Shown piece by piece: positions 50,396 to 59,100 of a stretch of 64,000 nt of DNA. Position numbers and translations under genes: made by a program. The notes below the pieces were generated by a model. The model saw only the letters and a list, made by a program, of their open reading frames with translations. It did not search any database and had not been told where the DNA came from. The DNA lies in NCBI GenBank assembly GCA_904419955.1, contig CAJFTO010000009.1, positions 4,298 through 68,297 of the forward strand. The letters run 5' to 3'. The DNA comes from Candidatus Roslinia caecavium. GTDB taxonomy: Bacteria; Bacillota; Clostridia; Monoglobales; Monoglobaceae. The first letter of the stretch is position 1. The number at the start of each line of letters is the position of its first letter.

Positions 50396-51235
50396 TTGAA
50401 AATCATAACAGTTGAATTGATAGAAAATTTCAAAAATTTTTTATTTAATGAAGAAAAGGCGTTTGCAACTATTGAGAAATATGTGCATGACGTATTGAAT
50501 TTTAAAATGTGGCTATCGGGATCTGTCGTCACAAAAACAGAAGTGTTAAGATATAAGCGAGTATTAACAGAAAAATATGCGCCAACAAGCGTTAATTCTA
50601 TTATATCTTCTCTGAACAGCTTTTTCTCATATAACGAATGGTACGAATGTAAAGTTAAAACGCTTAAAATTCAACGACAGATTTTTATTAGTAAAGATAG
50701 AACGCTTACTAAAGCCGAATATGAAAGACTGCTTGCCGCGGCAAAGTATAAGGGGGACGAAAGACTATATTTACTTATGCAAACAATATGCTCTACGGGT
50801 ATTAGAGTTTCTGAATTGCGATTTGTGACAGTAGAAGCTGTTAAAAGCGGTCAGGCGATTATTAGCTGTAAAGGAAAATTGCGAGTAGTAATGCTTACAA
50901 GATTACTTTGTAAGATGCTTAAAGCTTATATAAAGGAAAATAAAATTAAACGCGGTCCTATTTTCATTACAAGAACAGGGAAACCGTTAGACCGTAGTAA
51001 TATATGGAAATTATTAAAAGGTTTATGTGAAAGAGCCGGCGTTTCAAAGAATAAGGTGTTTCCGCATAATTTGCGCCATTTATTCGCAAGAACATTTTAT
51101 TCATTACAAAAAGATATTATTAGACTTGCAGATATTCTTGGACACACAAGCGTAAATACAACCCGAATTTATACGATAGAAAGCGGAGAAGTTCACAGAC
51201 AACAGATGCAAGAACTTGGACTATTGAGATGTTAA
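50396..51235 (+). CDS. tyrosine site-specific recombinase (XerC/D-like integrase/invertase)
   Basis: 279 aa with a TTG start 10 nt after AAGGAG. SAM-like N-domain. Catalytic contexts TGIRVSEL (Arg), HNLRHLFA (His-x-x-Arg) and LGHTSVNTTRIYT (His...Tyr). Confidence 0.85.
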   Translation: MKIITVELIENFKNFLFNEEKAFATIEKYVHDVLNFKMWLSGSVVTKTEVLRYKRVLTEKYAPTSVNSIISSLNSFFSYNEWYECKVKTLKIQRQIFISKDRTLTKAEYERLLAAAKYKGDERLYLLMQTICSTGIRVSELRFVTVEAVKSGQAIISCKGKLRVVMLTRLLCKMLKAYIKENKIKRGPIFITRTGKPLDRSNIWKLLKGLCERAGVSKNKVFPHNLRHLFARTFYSLQKDIIRLADILGHTSVNTTRIYTIESGEVHRQQMQELGLLRC

Positions 51236-51237
51236 AT

Positions 51238-51267
51238 AAATTAACTACATAATTTGTCTTATGTTGT
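51238..51267. repeat. IR-L, 30-bp perfect inverted repeat arm
   Basis: aaattaactacataatttgtcttatgttgt. Begins 3 nt after the recombinase stop codon. Confidence 0.9.
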
Positions 51268-51452
51268 ATAAATGGTTAAACTATATGTAATTGCACTTTA
51301 TTAATATAGCAGAAATTTGTCGCTTTGTCAATAATTAGAGTTTAATTTAAAGAAATTTATTTAAATATTACAATAATAGATGCAAAAATCCAGACCAATG
51401 TAATAAGCGATAAGCTTCATTGGTCTAAAAGTCGTTATTGTTGTTGCTTATC

Positions 51453-51481
51453 TTGCTTTATTCGCAATATTGAGATATAAA
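51453..51481 (+). promoter_or_regulatory. promoter-like element inside the IR-bounded segment, currently facing the downstream operon
   Basis: TTGCTT (51453-51458), 17-nt spacer, TATAAA (51476-51481). Confidence 0.35.
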
Positions 51482-51507
51482 ATTATATTTTTTATAACGT
51501 CAACTTA

Positions 51508-51537
51508 ACAACATAAGACAAATTATGTAGTTAATTT
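51508..51537. repeat. IR-R, 30-bp perfect inverted repeat arm
   Basis: acaacataagacaaattatgtagttaattt is the exact reverse complement of 51238..51267. Confidence 0.9.
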
Positions 51538-52175
51538 TATGTTTTTTTAATATTATATATCGAACATTATATAAATTGGGGAAAAATTGAATTTTCGGTA
51601 TTAATATAAAAACGAAGATATTATAATACTATTGATGTAATATTAACTAAGTAGGAACTATATAAATAAATATTTTAGGAGTTTAATGAATATATATATA
51701 AATTTAATATTTATTAGACGAATTTTAGATATAATTTATATGACGTTTAACAGCATATTTTGTTTATATTAGTATAAAAAAGTTTTTAATAGCAACTGAA
51801 TTTAGAATGTCAGCGATTTTATATGGGTTGACTGCATATACGGTAAATACGCTAATAATATGATTAAAATGCAATTTAGGTTTAAAGATCTTAATAAATA
51901 AGAATAGAGTTGCTATGAAGACTGCTTTTTAGATTATAGATGAAAATTATGACGCATAACAAACTTTTTGGTGTATGGGGGATTACGCAAAATGTTTATT
52001 GCTGTATTTATACTGAGCTTTATATAAAAACAATTATACTGTGAAAGTCGTTATGCAGTCAAAGGTAGTTGAAAATGAATAATCTGATGAGTTGATAAAA
52101 TATAACAATCAAGAGCCTTATTAATAGAGTTTTAAAAACTGATTTGGTTTATTGGTTATTTGGAGAGGTTGGCAT

Positions 52176-52850
52176 ATGAAATTCAGAAACGAGTTAAAAC
52201 ACCATGTTACAGAATTTGATTTAATTGGACTTCGGCAAAGATTAAAGTTTATTGCTGAAAGAGATATTCATGCAAATGAAAATGGGATATACACCGTTAA
52301 AAGCTTATATTTTGATAATTGCTACGACAAAGCTTTAGTGGAAAAAATAGCGGGATATTCTAAAAAAGAAAAGTTTAGAATCAGATACTATAACGACGAT
52401 ACAAGTTTTATTCGCTTAGAGAAAAAAAGCAAGATCGGAGGAATGTGTTTAAAGAATAGTTGTTTAATTACTAAAGAGCAAGTAGATAAAATTATTGATT
52501 TGGATGTTTCTTGGATGGAGTTTGCTGAAGAGGAATTATTGGTTGAACTCTGGGCGAAAATGCAGTACCAATTATTGCGTCCTAAAAATATTGTTATATA
52601 TACAAGAGAGGCTTATACCTATAGGCCTGGGAATGCTCGTGTGACAATCGACTCTGATATATACGGAGAAAGCGATATTACGGGATTTTTTGATGACGAC
52701 TGGACGGGTATCAGAGTATTTCCAATGAGCATTTTGGAAGTAAAGTGGGATGAATTTTTACCTCAAATTATCAGGGACGCCGTTCAACTTGGTAATATTC
52801 AAGCACAAAATTTTTCAAAATATGCTGCGGCAAGAGTCGATGCATTTTAA
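52176..52850 (+). CDS. VTC-domain (polyphosphate polymerase / triphosphate-tunnel-like) protein
   Basis: ATG 52176 has GGAGAGG 7 nt upstream. MKFRNELKHHV..YTVKSLYFDN..KEKFRIRYYNDD..ILEVKWDEFLPQIIRD..FSKYAA matches bacterial VTC-domain proteins as I recall them. Confidence 0.75.
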   Translation: MKFRNELKHHVTEFDLIGLRQRLKFIAERDIHANENGIYTVKSLYFDNCYDKALVEKIAGYSKKEKFRIRYYNDDTSFIRLEKKSKIGGMCLKNSCLITKEQVDKIIDLDVSWMEFAEEELLVELWAKMQYQLLRPKNIVIYTREAYTYRPGNARVTIDSDIYGESDITGFFDDDWTGIRVFPMSILEVKWDEFLPQIIRDAVQLGNIQAQNFSKYAAARVDAF

Positions 52851-52916
52851 TATACGACAATTGGAACAGAAACGTTGAGTATATAATATGTTAAATTTAT
52901 GAGGGAGGATAAAAAT

Positions 52917-53597
52917 ATGACGACGTTTAATGACATTTTTAAATCGGATTTTTTAAATTCAACAAATTTGAACAGTTTTTCAGTAGTAGACACGCTGATT
53001 GCACTTGGGTTAGCGTTTGTTATAGGTATTTTTATATATCTTATATATAAGAAAACTTATAAAGGAGTTATGTATTCGGCGACTTTTGGAGTTTCGTTGC
53101 TGGCGATGTCTATGATTACGACGTTAGTTATATTAGCGGTAACCGCTAATATCGTTCTCTCTTTGGGTATGGTTGGCGCGTTGTCGATTGTTAGATTCAG
53201 AACGGCGATCAAGGAGCCGATGGATATAGCGTTTCTTTTTTGGGCGATCGCGGCCGGTATAGTATTAGGTGCGGGATTTATCCCTCTTGCTATTATAGGC
53301 TCGGTTATCATAGGCGCGGTTATTCTTATTTTTGCCAATATAAAAACAATTGGAGCGACGCCGTATATACTTATTGTAAATTGTGCGTTTCAAGCCGAAC
53401 GCAACGTTAATTATGTTATAAAACAGGAGTCTCGCAAATATCTTCTAAAATCAAAAACAGTTACCCCAAAAGGTTTAGAGTTGACATACGAAGTAAGAAT
53501 TCGAGATAAAGAAGCTTACGCTGTGAATAAATTAATAAATTTAGAAGGCGTAGGGAACGCCGTCCTGGTTAGCTATAATGGAGAATATATGTCATAG
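52917..53597 (+). CDS. DUF4956-family membrane protein
   Basis: ATG 52917 follows GAGGGAGG. Multiple TM helices. Family-typical LSIVRFRTAIKEPMDIAFLFWAIAAGI. Confidence 0.7.
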   Translation: MTTFNDIFKSDFLNSTNLNSFSVVDTLIALGLAFVIGIFIYLIYKKTYKGVMYSATFGVSLLAMSMITTLVILAVTANIVLSLGMVGALSIVRFRTAIKEPMDIAFLFWAIAAGIVLGAGFIPLAIIGSVIIGAVILIFANIKTIGATPYILIVNCAFQAERNVNYVIKQESRKYLLKSKTVTPKGLELTYEVRIRDKEAYAVNKLINLEGVGNAVLVSYNGEYMS

Positions 53598-53610
53598 TTG
53601 GAGTTGTATT

Positions 53611-55533
53611 ATGTTAGGATCAAAAAAATTTGAAAAAATAATAGTATGGCTTGTGATTATGGCGTTGGTTTTTTCATTGGTTATAGTATGTTTTCCAAAT
53701 ATATTTTCTCGGATTTCAAAAGATAGGATTGAAGAAGAGTATCCGGTTAAGATTTTTGAAAAAGACGTCGTTAATATAAAAATTACGGCTGATGAAAACG
53801 ATTGGAATGGCATGCTGGAAAATCGAATGTCAAAGCCCTATATCTCATGCGATATAGAAATCGATGGAAAAGAATTTAAAAATGTCGGATTGAGACCGAA
53901 GGGAAATTCAAGTTTAACGAGTATTCAGGGAGACAGAATAAGCTATAGATTGGACTTCGATCATTACATCGATAATCAAACTTGTTACGGCTTGGAGCAA
54001 ATGGCTTTGAATAATTTACAAGCCGACGCCACATATATGAAGGATTATATCGCTTACGATTTGATGGCATATGAAGGCGTAAACGCACCGCTACATACAT
54101 TTGCGTTTATAACGATAAACGAACAGCCTTTTGGAGTTTATCTGGCGGTCGAGGTATATGACGAAGACTATTTGTCAAGAGTTTACGACGATATAAATAT
54201 TGAGCTATACAATGTAAAAAATTCGGGTATGGATGAGTTTGAAAACGCGATTGTCGATCCTGAAACCGGCACAGTGATAGAATCTCAGGGGGTAGGAGAA
54301 GTTATGAATATGGGCGGTCCAGGCGGGCCTCCGCCGCAGGGCGGTCCCATGCCGCCTGGGGGTCAGTCTCCTATGCCTCCGCCAAACGGGCAAGTTCCTG
54401 ATGCGGTCGGTATGCGGGCGCCAAATGAGGAAAACATACCACAACCGCCTCCGGGGTCTGAAAGTGGAGGCGGAGATTTAGTTTATGTTGACGACTCAAC
54501 AGAAAGTTACAGCGCTATATTTGCAAACGCAGTCTCCAAGCGCGCGAATGCAGAAGATTTTGCAAGAGTTATTAGAGCGATAAAATATTTAAATAAAGAA
54601 AACGTCTCTAATGAAGAGTTAGAACAATACTGGGATATCGACGCTGTATTAAGATATTTGGCGGTTCACGCTTTTATGGTTAATGGCGATAGTTATACAG
54701 GTAATATGATGCAAAACTATTTTTTAGCTGAGCGAGACGGTAAGATTACTATTCTACCGTGGGATTATAATTTATCGTTCGGCGCGTTTGGAGGAGGTCC
54801 GGGCGGCGCGCCTCCTGAAATGCAGATTGATAGCGACAAGATTGTCGGATCTGATGTTGAAACAGCTCAAGTAAATAATGAAACGATAGAGGCAATAAAT
54901 CATCCCATAGACACGCCCACCATAGGGGTATCTATGGAATCAAGACCGCTCGTTTCAGTTTTGCTGAGCAGGGACGATTATAAGGAAAAATACCATCAGT
55001 ATTTAGATGAATTAACTATATATGCGTCGGGCGATTTTATTAACAAACTTGAAGCGGTTGAAAAGGCTATCTATCCGTATATTGAGAGAGAAACGGTTTC
55101 TTTCTTTACGCCCGAAGAACATAAAGAGGCCTTTAAAGTATTGAAGGATTTTTTAGAACTTCGTTGCCGAAGCATTCAATGCCAACTGAATGGAGAAATT
55201 CCGTCAGAATTGGAGCTACAGAATGGCGCTGATTTAATAACTGCAGATTTTTCTATTAGCGAGATGGGATCTATGGGCGGACCGGGAGATATGCTGCCGG
55301 GAGAAAATGGAGAAGGCGCAATGGCTCCGCCGCAGCCGCCGGGAGAAAATGGACAGGGCGTAATGGCTCCGCCGCAGCCGCCGAATGACGATGGTCAAGG
55401 AGGAATGGTTCCGCCGCCGGGTATGTCTGGAACGATGCAAAATGAGAGTAATAATGATATTACAATCGCGATTGCTTTAGTTATTTTATGCATCATGTTT
55501 ATTGGCGTTAAATTATTTAAGCGAAATTACTAG
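53611..55533 (+). CDS. CotH-family atypical kinase, N- and C-terminally membrane anchored, with two Pro/Gly-rich inserts
   Basis: ATG 53611 has GGAG 7 nt upstream. N-terminal anchor. CotH-like IDGKEFKNVGLRPKGNSSL..YRLDFDHY..LNNLQADATYMKDYIAYDL. Pro-rich tracts near 54300-54480 and 55264-55440, the latter with a 42-bp tandem duplication at 55300-55383. C-terminal TM. Confidence 0.75.
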   Translation: MLGSKKFEKIIVWLVIMALVFSLVIVCFPNIFSRISKDRIEEEYPVKIFEKDVVNIKITADENDWNGMLENRMSKPYISCDIEIDGKEFKNVGLRPKGNSSLTSIQGDRISYRLDFDHYIDNQTCYGLEQMALNNLQADATYMKDYIAYDLMAYEGVNAPLHTFAFITINEQPFGVYLAVEVYDEDYLSRVYDDINIELYNVKNSGMDEFENAIVDPETGTVIESQGVGEVMNMGGPGGPPPQGGPMPPGGQSPMPPPNGQVPDAVGMRAPNEENIPQPPPGSESGGGDLVYVDDSTESYSAIFANAVSKRANAEDFARVIRAIKYLNKENVSNEELEQYWDIDAVLRYLAVHAFMVNGDSYTGNMMQNYFLAERDGKITILPWDYNLSFGAFGGGPGGAPPEMQIDSDKIVGSDVETAQVNNETIEAINHPIDTPTIGVSMESRPLVSVLLSRDDYKEKYHQYLDELTIYASGDFINKLEAVEKAIYPYIERETVSFFTPEEHKEAFKVLKDFLELRCRSIQCQLNGEIPSELELQNGADLITADFSISEMGSMGGPGDMLPGENGEGAMAPPQPPGENGQGVMAPPQPPNDDGQGGMVPPPGMSGTMQNESNNDITIAIALVILCIMFIGVKLFKRNY

Positions 55534-55557
55534 CAAAAACAGGAGTTGAAAATTCCT

Positions 55558-56115
55558 ATGGAACAAGATAATGGATATGTATTGGAGCAATCAAGAGACG
55601 ACAAATTAAAGATGTTAGGCGCGCTTTGTTATAATTTATATATAGACGGCGTTATGATTTTTCCTGAGATGAATGAAACGGTTAATGATATAAAAAACGT
55701 GTTAACTTATTTGCTGGTCTTGAGGAAAAACAATATCAACGCTGATTATTTGAAGATACAGGAATCCGGTTTGAGCGAAAAGATTCAAGAGTTGGGATGT
55801 ATTTGCTATAACCTTTATGTCGATAGTAAATTATTTAATAGTAAAGTACTATCGCTATGCGATTCGATATCGTCAATAAATCATGAGATAAAAAATGGTT
55901 TAGAAGCGGCGTCGCAAGGCAGTTCTGAGGTTCAAGAGCGTGAAGATCTCAAGAAAATGAAAGGCGAGTATAGAAATGTAACTAAAAGTAAGCTGAAGGT
56001 AATCTGTCCGTATGGAATGGAACCTATTCCAATTAATTATAAAAAGTGCGCGTGCGGTTATAAAAATAGAGCTTCGGCAAAATACTGCGGCAAATGCGGC
56101 GCAAAATTAGCGTAA
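55558..56115 (+). CDS. hypothetical cytoplasmic protein with an internal duplication and a C-terminal double zinc ribbon
   Basis: Two related segments, LGALCYNLYIDGVMIFPEMNETVNDIKNV and LGCICYNLYVDSKLFNSKVLSLCDSISSI. The tail reads CPYG..CACGYKN..YCGKCGAKL. Confidence 0.6.
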   Translation: MEQDNGYVLEQSRDDKLKMLGALCYNLYIDGVMIFPEMNETVNDIKNVLTYLLVLRKNNINADYLKIQESGLSEKIQELGCICYNLYVDSKLFNSKVLSLCDSISSINHEIKNGLEAASQGSSEVQEREDLKKMKGEYRNVTKSKLKVICPYGMEPIPINYKKCACGYKNRASAKYCGKCGAKLA

Positions 56116-56128
56116 GGAGGAAGATGGA

Positions 56129-56833
56129 ATGAGTTTAGACGATATTATAAGACTTTTTGCATGTATTTCATTAATTCTTGGCGCGGTAGAGTGCTTTGCC
56201 GGATTTAAAATCATGAAAGCGACTCTTTCGATTTGGGGGCTTATAATTGGCGCGGCGCTTGGAGTTTTAATAGGCGTCTCAGCAGATAATACGATATTGG
56301 GATTTATGTTTGTACTGCTGTTTGGTATAGGATTAGCGGTTTTATCTTTTAAACTATATTTAGCTGGAATATTTATACTTACGGCGTTTTTGTCAACGGT
56401 AGCGATATATATATTATTTGAAAATTTGTTTATCGCTCTATTAATCGCCGCTATAGTAGGAATACTGGCCATATATTTTGTAAAGCCTGTAGTAATCGTA
56501 ACTACCTCGTTCTCAGGAGCAGGGATTATATTATCTTCAGCATATATAATAATGGATTTGGGGGTTAACGCTAATCCTATAATCACCGCAATTTTATGGA
56601 TACCAATGGCTTTGGCGGGTATTGGGTGTCAATATATTACAACACAGAGCTCAAAGAATGAGAGGAGCGGGATAAGATTTTCTCAAAGATTACCAAATCC
56701 ATCGAGAACGTTTAGTGAAAGAAAATATCCCGGGATGCAGAGAGCGTATAGAAATTTTTGTATTAATTGCGGTTGCGAGCTATTTGGTATAACAGGTAAG
56801 TGTCCGCGATGTGGATTTAGTTTTGACGACTAA
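56129..56833 (+). CDS. polytopic membrane protein (DUF4203/TMEM198-like) with a C-terminal cytoplasmic zinc ribbon
   Basis: AAGGAGG 8 nt before the ATG. About 6-7 TM helices. The tail reads FCINCGCEL..KCPRCGFSF. Confidence 0.65.
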   Translation: MSLDDIIRLFACISLILGAVECFAGFKIMKATLSIWGLIIGAALGVLIGVSADNTILGFMFVLLFGIGLAVLSFKLYLAGIFILTAFLSTVAIYILFENLFIALLIAAIVGILAIYFVKPVVIVTTSFSGAGIILSSAYIIMDLGVNANPIITAILWIPMALAGIGCQYITTQSSKNERSGIRFSQRLPNPSRTFSERKYPGMQRAYRNFCINCGCELFGITGKCPRCGFSFDD

Positions 56834-56845
56834 GAGGAAATAGAT

Positions 56846-58309
56846 ATGAGAAAACGTTTAAACAATAAAATTATATTTATGACTGCTTTAATTAGCTTGA
56901 TAAGTTTTTCATTTATAGGTATACCCAACGCGTATGCGTCTTATTATAAAATACCCGAACAGCAAAACTTTGATCCTAATATAGCCGCAAATGAGATAGA
57001 AGCGATAGTGAATCAAAAGTCTGTTATTAGTAGCAGCGCTATCGATAATATAATCTATATTGATGGAGCGGCAGTCGTTCAAAAGTATAATGAGGCAATA
57101 TCAGAAATCAAAGAATATGTCGACAAGCTTAATGGTAGCGGTATGTATCTAAATCGAGATTTAGTAAACGTAGTAACTATCCAAGCGGATGGGATAAATA
57201 TTTCGGAATATGTTGAAATATATATTGATTCAGCGGCTTTAGATCAAATAGCAAATATAGATACGCTGAAGATAACCTTAGAAAATAGTAACGAGTATAT
57301 TTCATTGAACAATGAAAGTATAAGTTATATCGCGGCCAACTATAATGAATTTAGAGTTCAAGTAAAAAGTCTATCCGATACTTATACAATACGTTTTATA
57401 GATAAAACAAATAGTATAATAAGTAAGTACGACGTTAATATAAAAGTTGGATTGCCGGCAAGTCACAGCGAGCAAACGGTCTATCTGTTTACGAATAATA
57501 CTCAAGAAAATTGGGGAGGTCAATATAACAGCGTTGACGGTTCGATAGAGTTTATGACTCGGTATAGCGGCGAATATAACGTCGCCTCTCCCGAAATCGT
57601 TATAGAAGACATAAATAGTTTAGATGAATACGAAAAACAGGCGATCAGGTTTATGGTTGTCAGAGGATATTTTGAAGTAGACGATAAGAGGTTTGGCCCT
57701 GACGACGTCTTAACAAGATATGATTTTGCAGAGTCTTTGGTAAGGATGTTTTTTGCCTTAGACAGCGATGCGCAATGTTCTTTTACCGATGTGGATAAAA
57801 CGTATTATAGATATGTAGCAGCTTCGGAACAGAGTAATATTGTTCGTGGATTTGACGACGGAACATTTAGAGGCAATGAGAACGTAACGGTTGAGCAGGT
57901 GATCGCGCTAACAGCTCGTACTATAAATCAAAAGAATGGGTATGTTTATCCTGAAAGCATAGATAAGTATTTGAATTTCACAGACGATAATGTTATAGAC
58001 GAGTGGGCTAAAAAAGAAGTGGCTTTAGCTATTAGAGAGGGAATTTATTTTAATGATATGAACTTAAAATTTATGGATAGTATTTCGCGTAAAGACGCTG
58101 CCGTTGTGCTATATAGACTATTTATGATTATGAATAATACCCCGAAACCTACGGACGTTATTGAATATAGCGTCGATGAATGCTATAATCATAAAACGTT
58201 TTGGAATATGACGAGCGCGATTGTTATTGGAGCGACGGTTACTTGCGTTGATATGGCGGCTCTGGGACTATCGATCTTTCTTATAAAAAAGAAGAAAAGA
58301 AGAGCATAA
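56846..58309 (+). CDS. secreted protein with three SLH-like repeats and a C-terminal TM anchor
   Basis: Signal peptide ..GIPNAYA. SLH-like segments are FMVVRGYFEVDD..LTRYDFAESLVRMF, FTDVDKTYYRYVAASEQSNIVRGFDDGTFRGNENVTVEQV and FTDDNVIDEWAKKEVALAIREGI. Ends with a TM helix plus KKKKRRA. Confidence 0.65.
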   Translation: MRKRLNNKIIFMTALISLISFSFIGIPNAYASYYKIPEQQNFDPNIAANEIEAIVNQKSVISSSAIDNIIYIDGAAVVQKYNEAISEIKEYVDKLNGSGMYLNRDLVNVVTIQADGINISEYVEIYIDSAALDQIANIDTLKITLENSNEYISLNNESISYIAANYNEFRVQVKSLSDTYTIRFIDKTNSIISKYDVNIKVGLPASHSEQTVYLFTNNTQENWGGQYNSVDGSIEFMTRYSGEYNVASPEIVIEDINSLDEYEKQAIRFMVVRGYFEVDDKRFGPDDVLTRYDFAESLVRMFFALDSDAQCSFTDVDKTYYRYVAASEQSNIVRGFDDGTFRGNENVTVEQVIALTARTINQKNGYVYPESIDKYLNFTDDNVIDEWAKKEVALAIREGIYFNDMNLKFMDSISRKDAAVVLYRLFMIMNNTPKPTDVIEYSVDECYNHKTFWNMTSAIVIGATVTCVDMAALGLSIFLIKKKKRRA

Positions 58310-59100
58310 TGGTATCGATTAAGAGTGAGATAATTAGAAAAGAAAAGTTTATGTTTGATATTTCTTATATCAACGAACGAGGCGGAAGGGTTGTCAATGA
58401 AGATTCTATATTAGTTGAAGATATGGAAGAAAAAATATTTATTTCTATAGCTGATGGTTTAGGCGCGCACGGCGGCGGAGATCTTGCTTCTAAAGTAGCG
58501 ATCGACGTTGCCAGAAAGGAATATGCGCGGATTAAAAAAATCGATCAAAAAAATATATATAGGATTTTTGAAGTAATTAATGAAGCGATAGTAGCTCAAC
58601 AAACGGAAGAATTGAAGATGAAAACAACATTATCGTGCGTTCTGTGTAGAAACAAATATATATATTCAGCCCATCTGGGGGATACGCGCGTGTATTTTTT
58701 TAAGGATAATAGATTACGATTCATGACGAAGGATCACAGCGTCGCTTATGAAGAAATCACGAAAAATCACGGCTCTTTAGAAGATATAAGAAAAGATCCG
58801 AAAAGGCATATTTTAAAAGCCGCGTTAGGGGTAGGAAAAATTAGACAGCCGGATATTTTTAAACAGAAAATTAAGAATGACGCCGCAGTTTTAATTTGTT
58901 CCGACGGCTTTTGGGAATACGTTAACGAGAATGAAATGATCGAAACATTGACCGATACGATAACCGCTCGCGAGTGGCTTGGAGCAATGATGAAATATCA
59001 TTCGGAAAAAGCGGATATGTTTAATGACAATTATTCGGCAATTTGCCTAAGAATTACAAAAAATAAAGGAGGAAAAACTTTATGGAATACAAAGGTATGA
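58309..59100 (+). CDS. PP2C-family Ser/Thr phosphatase (1)
   Basis: The ATG overlaps the upstream stop (TAATG); an alternative start is at 58351. Motifs IADGLGAHGGGDLAS and LICSDGFWEY. Confidence 0.8.
   Translation: MVSIKSEIIRKEKFMFDISYINERGGRVVNEDSILVEDMEEKIFISIADGLGAHGGGDLASKVAIDVARKEYARIKKIDQKNIYRIFEVINEAIVAQQTEELKMKTTLSCVLCRNKYIYSAHLGDTRVYFFKDNRLRFMTKDHSVAYEEITKNHGSLEDIRKDPKRHILKAALGVGKIRQPDIFKQKIKNDAAVLICSDGFWEYVNENEMIETLTDTITAREWLGAMMKYHSEKADMFNDNYSAICLRITKNKGGKTLWNTKV

Larger units (their letters stand above)
51238..51537. mobile_element. candidate invertible DNA segment (inverton) serviced by the adjacent recombinase
   Basis: 30-bp perfect IRs bracket a 240-bp AT-rich core that holds a promoter-like element and an internal 9-bp-stem hairpin (agaccaatg..cattggtct). 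Sits between the recombinase and a long operon. Confidence 0.45.
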
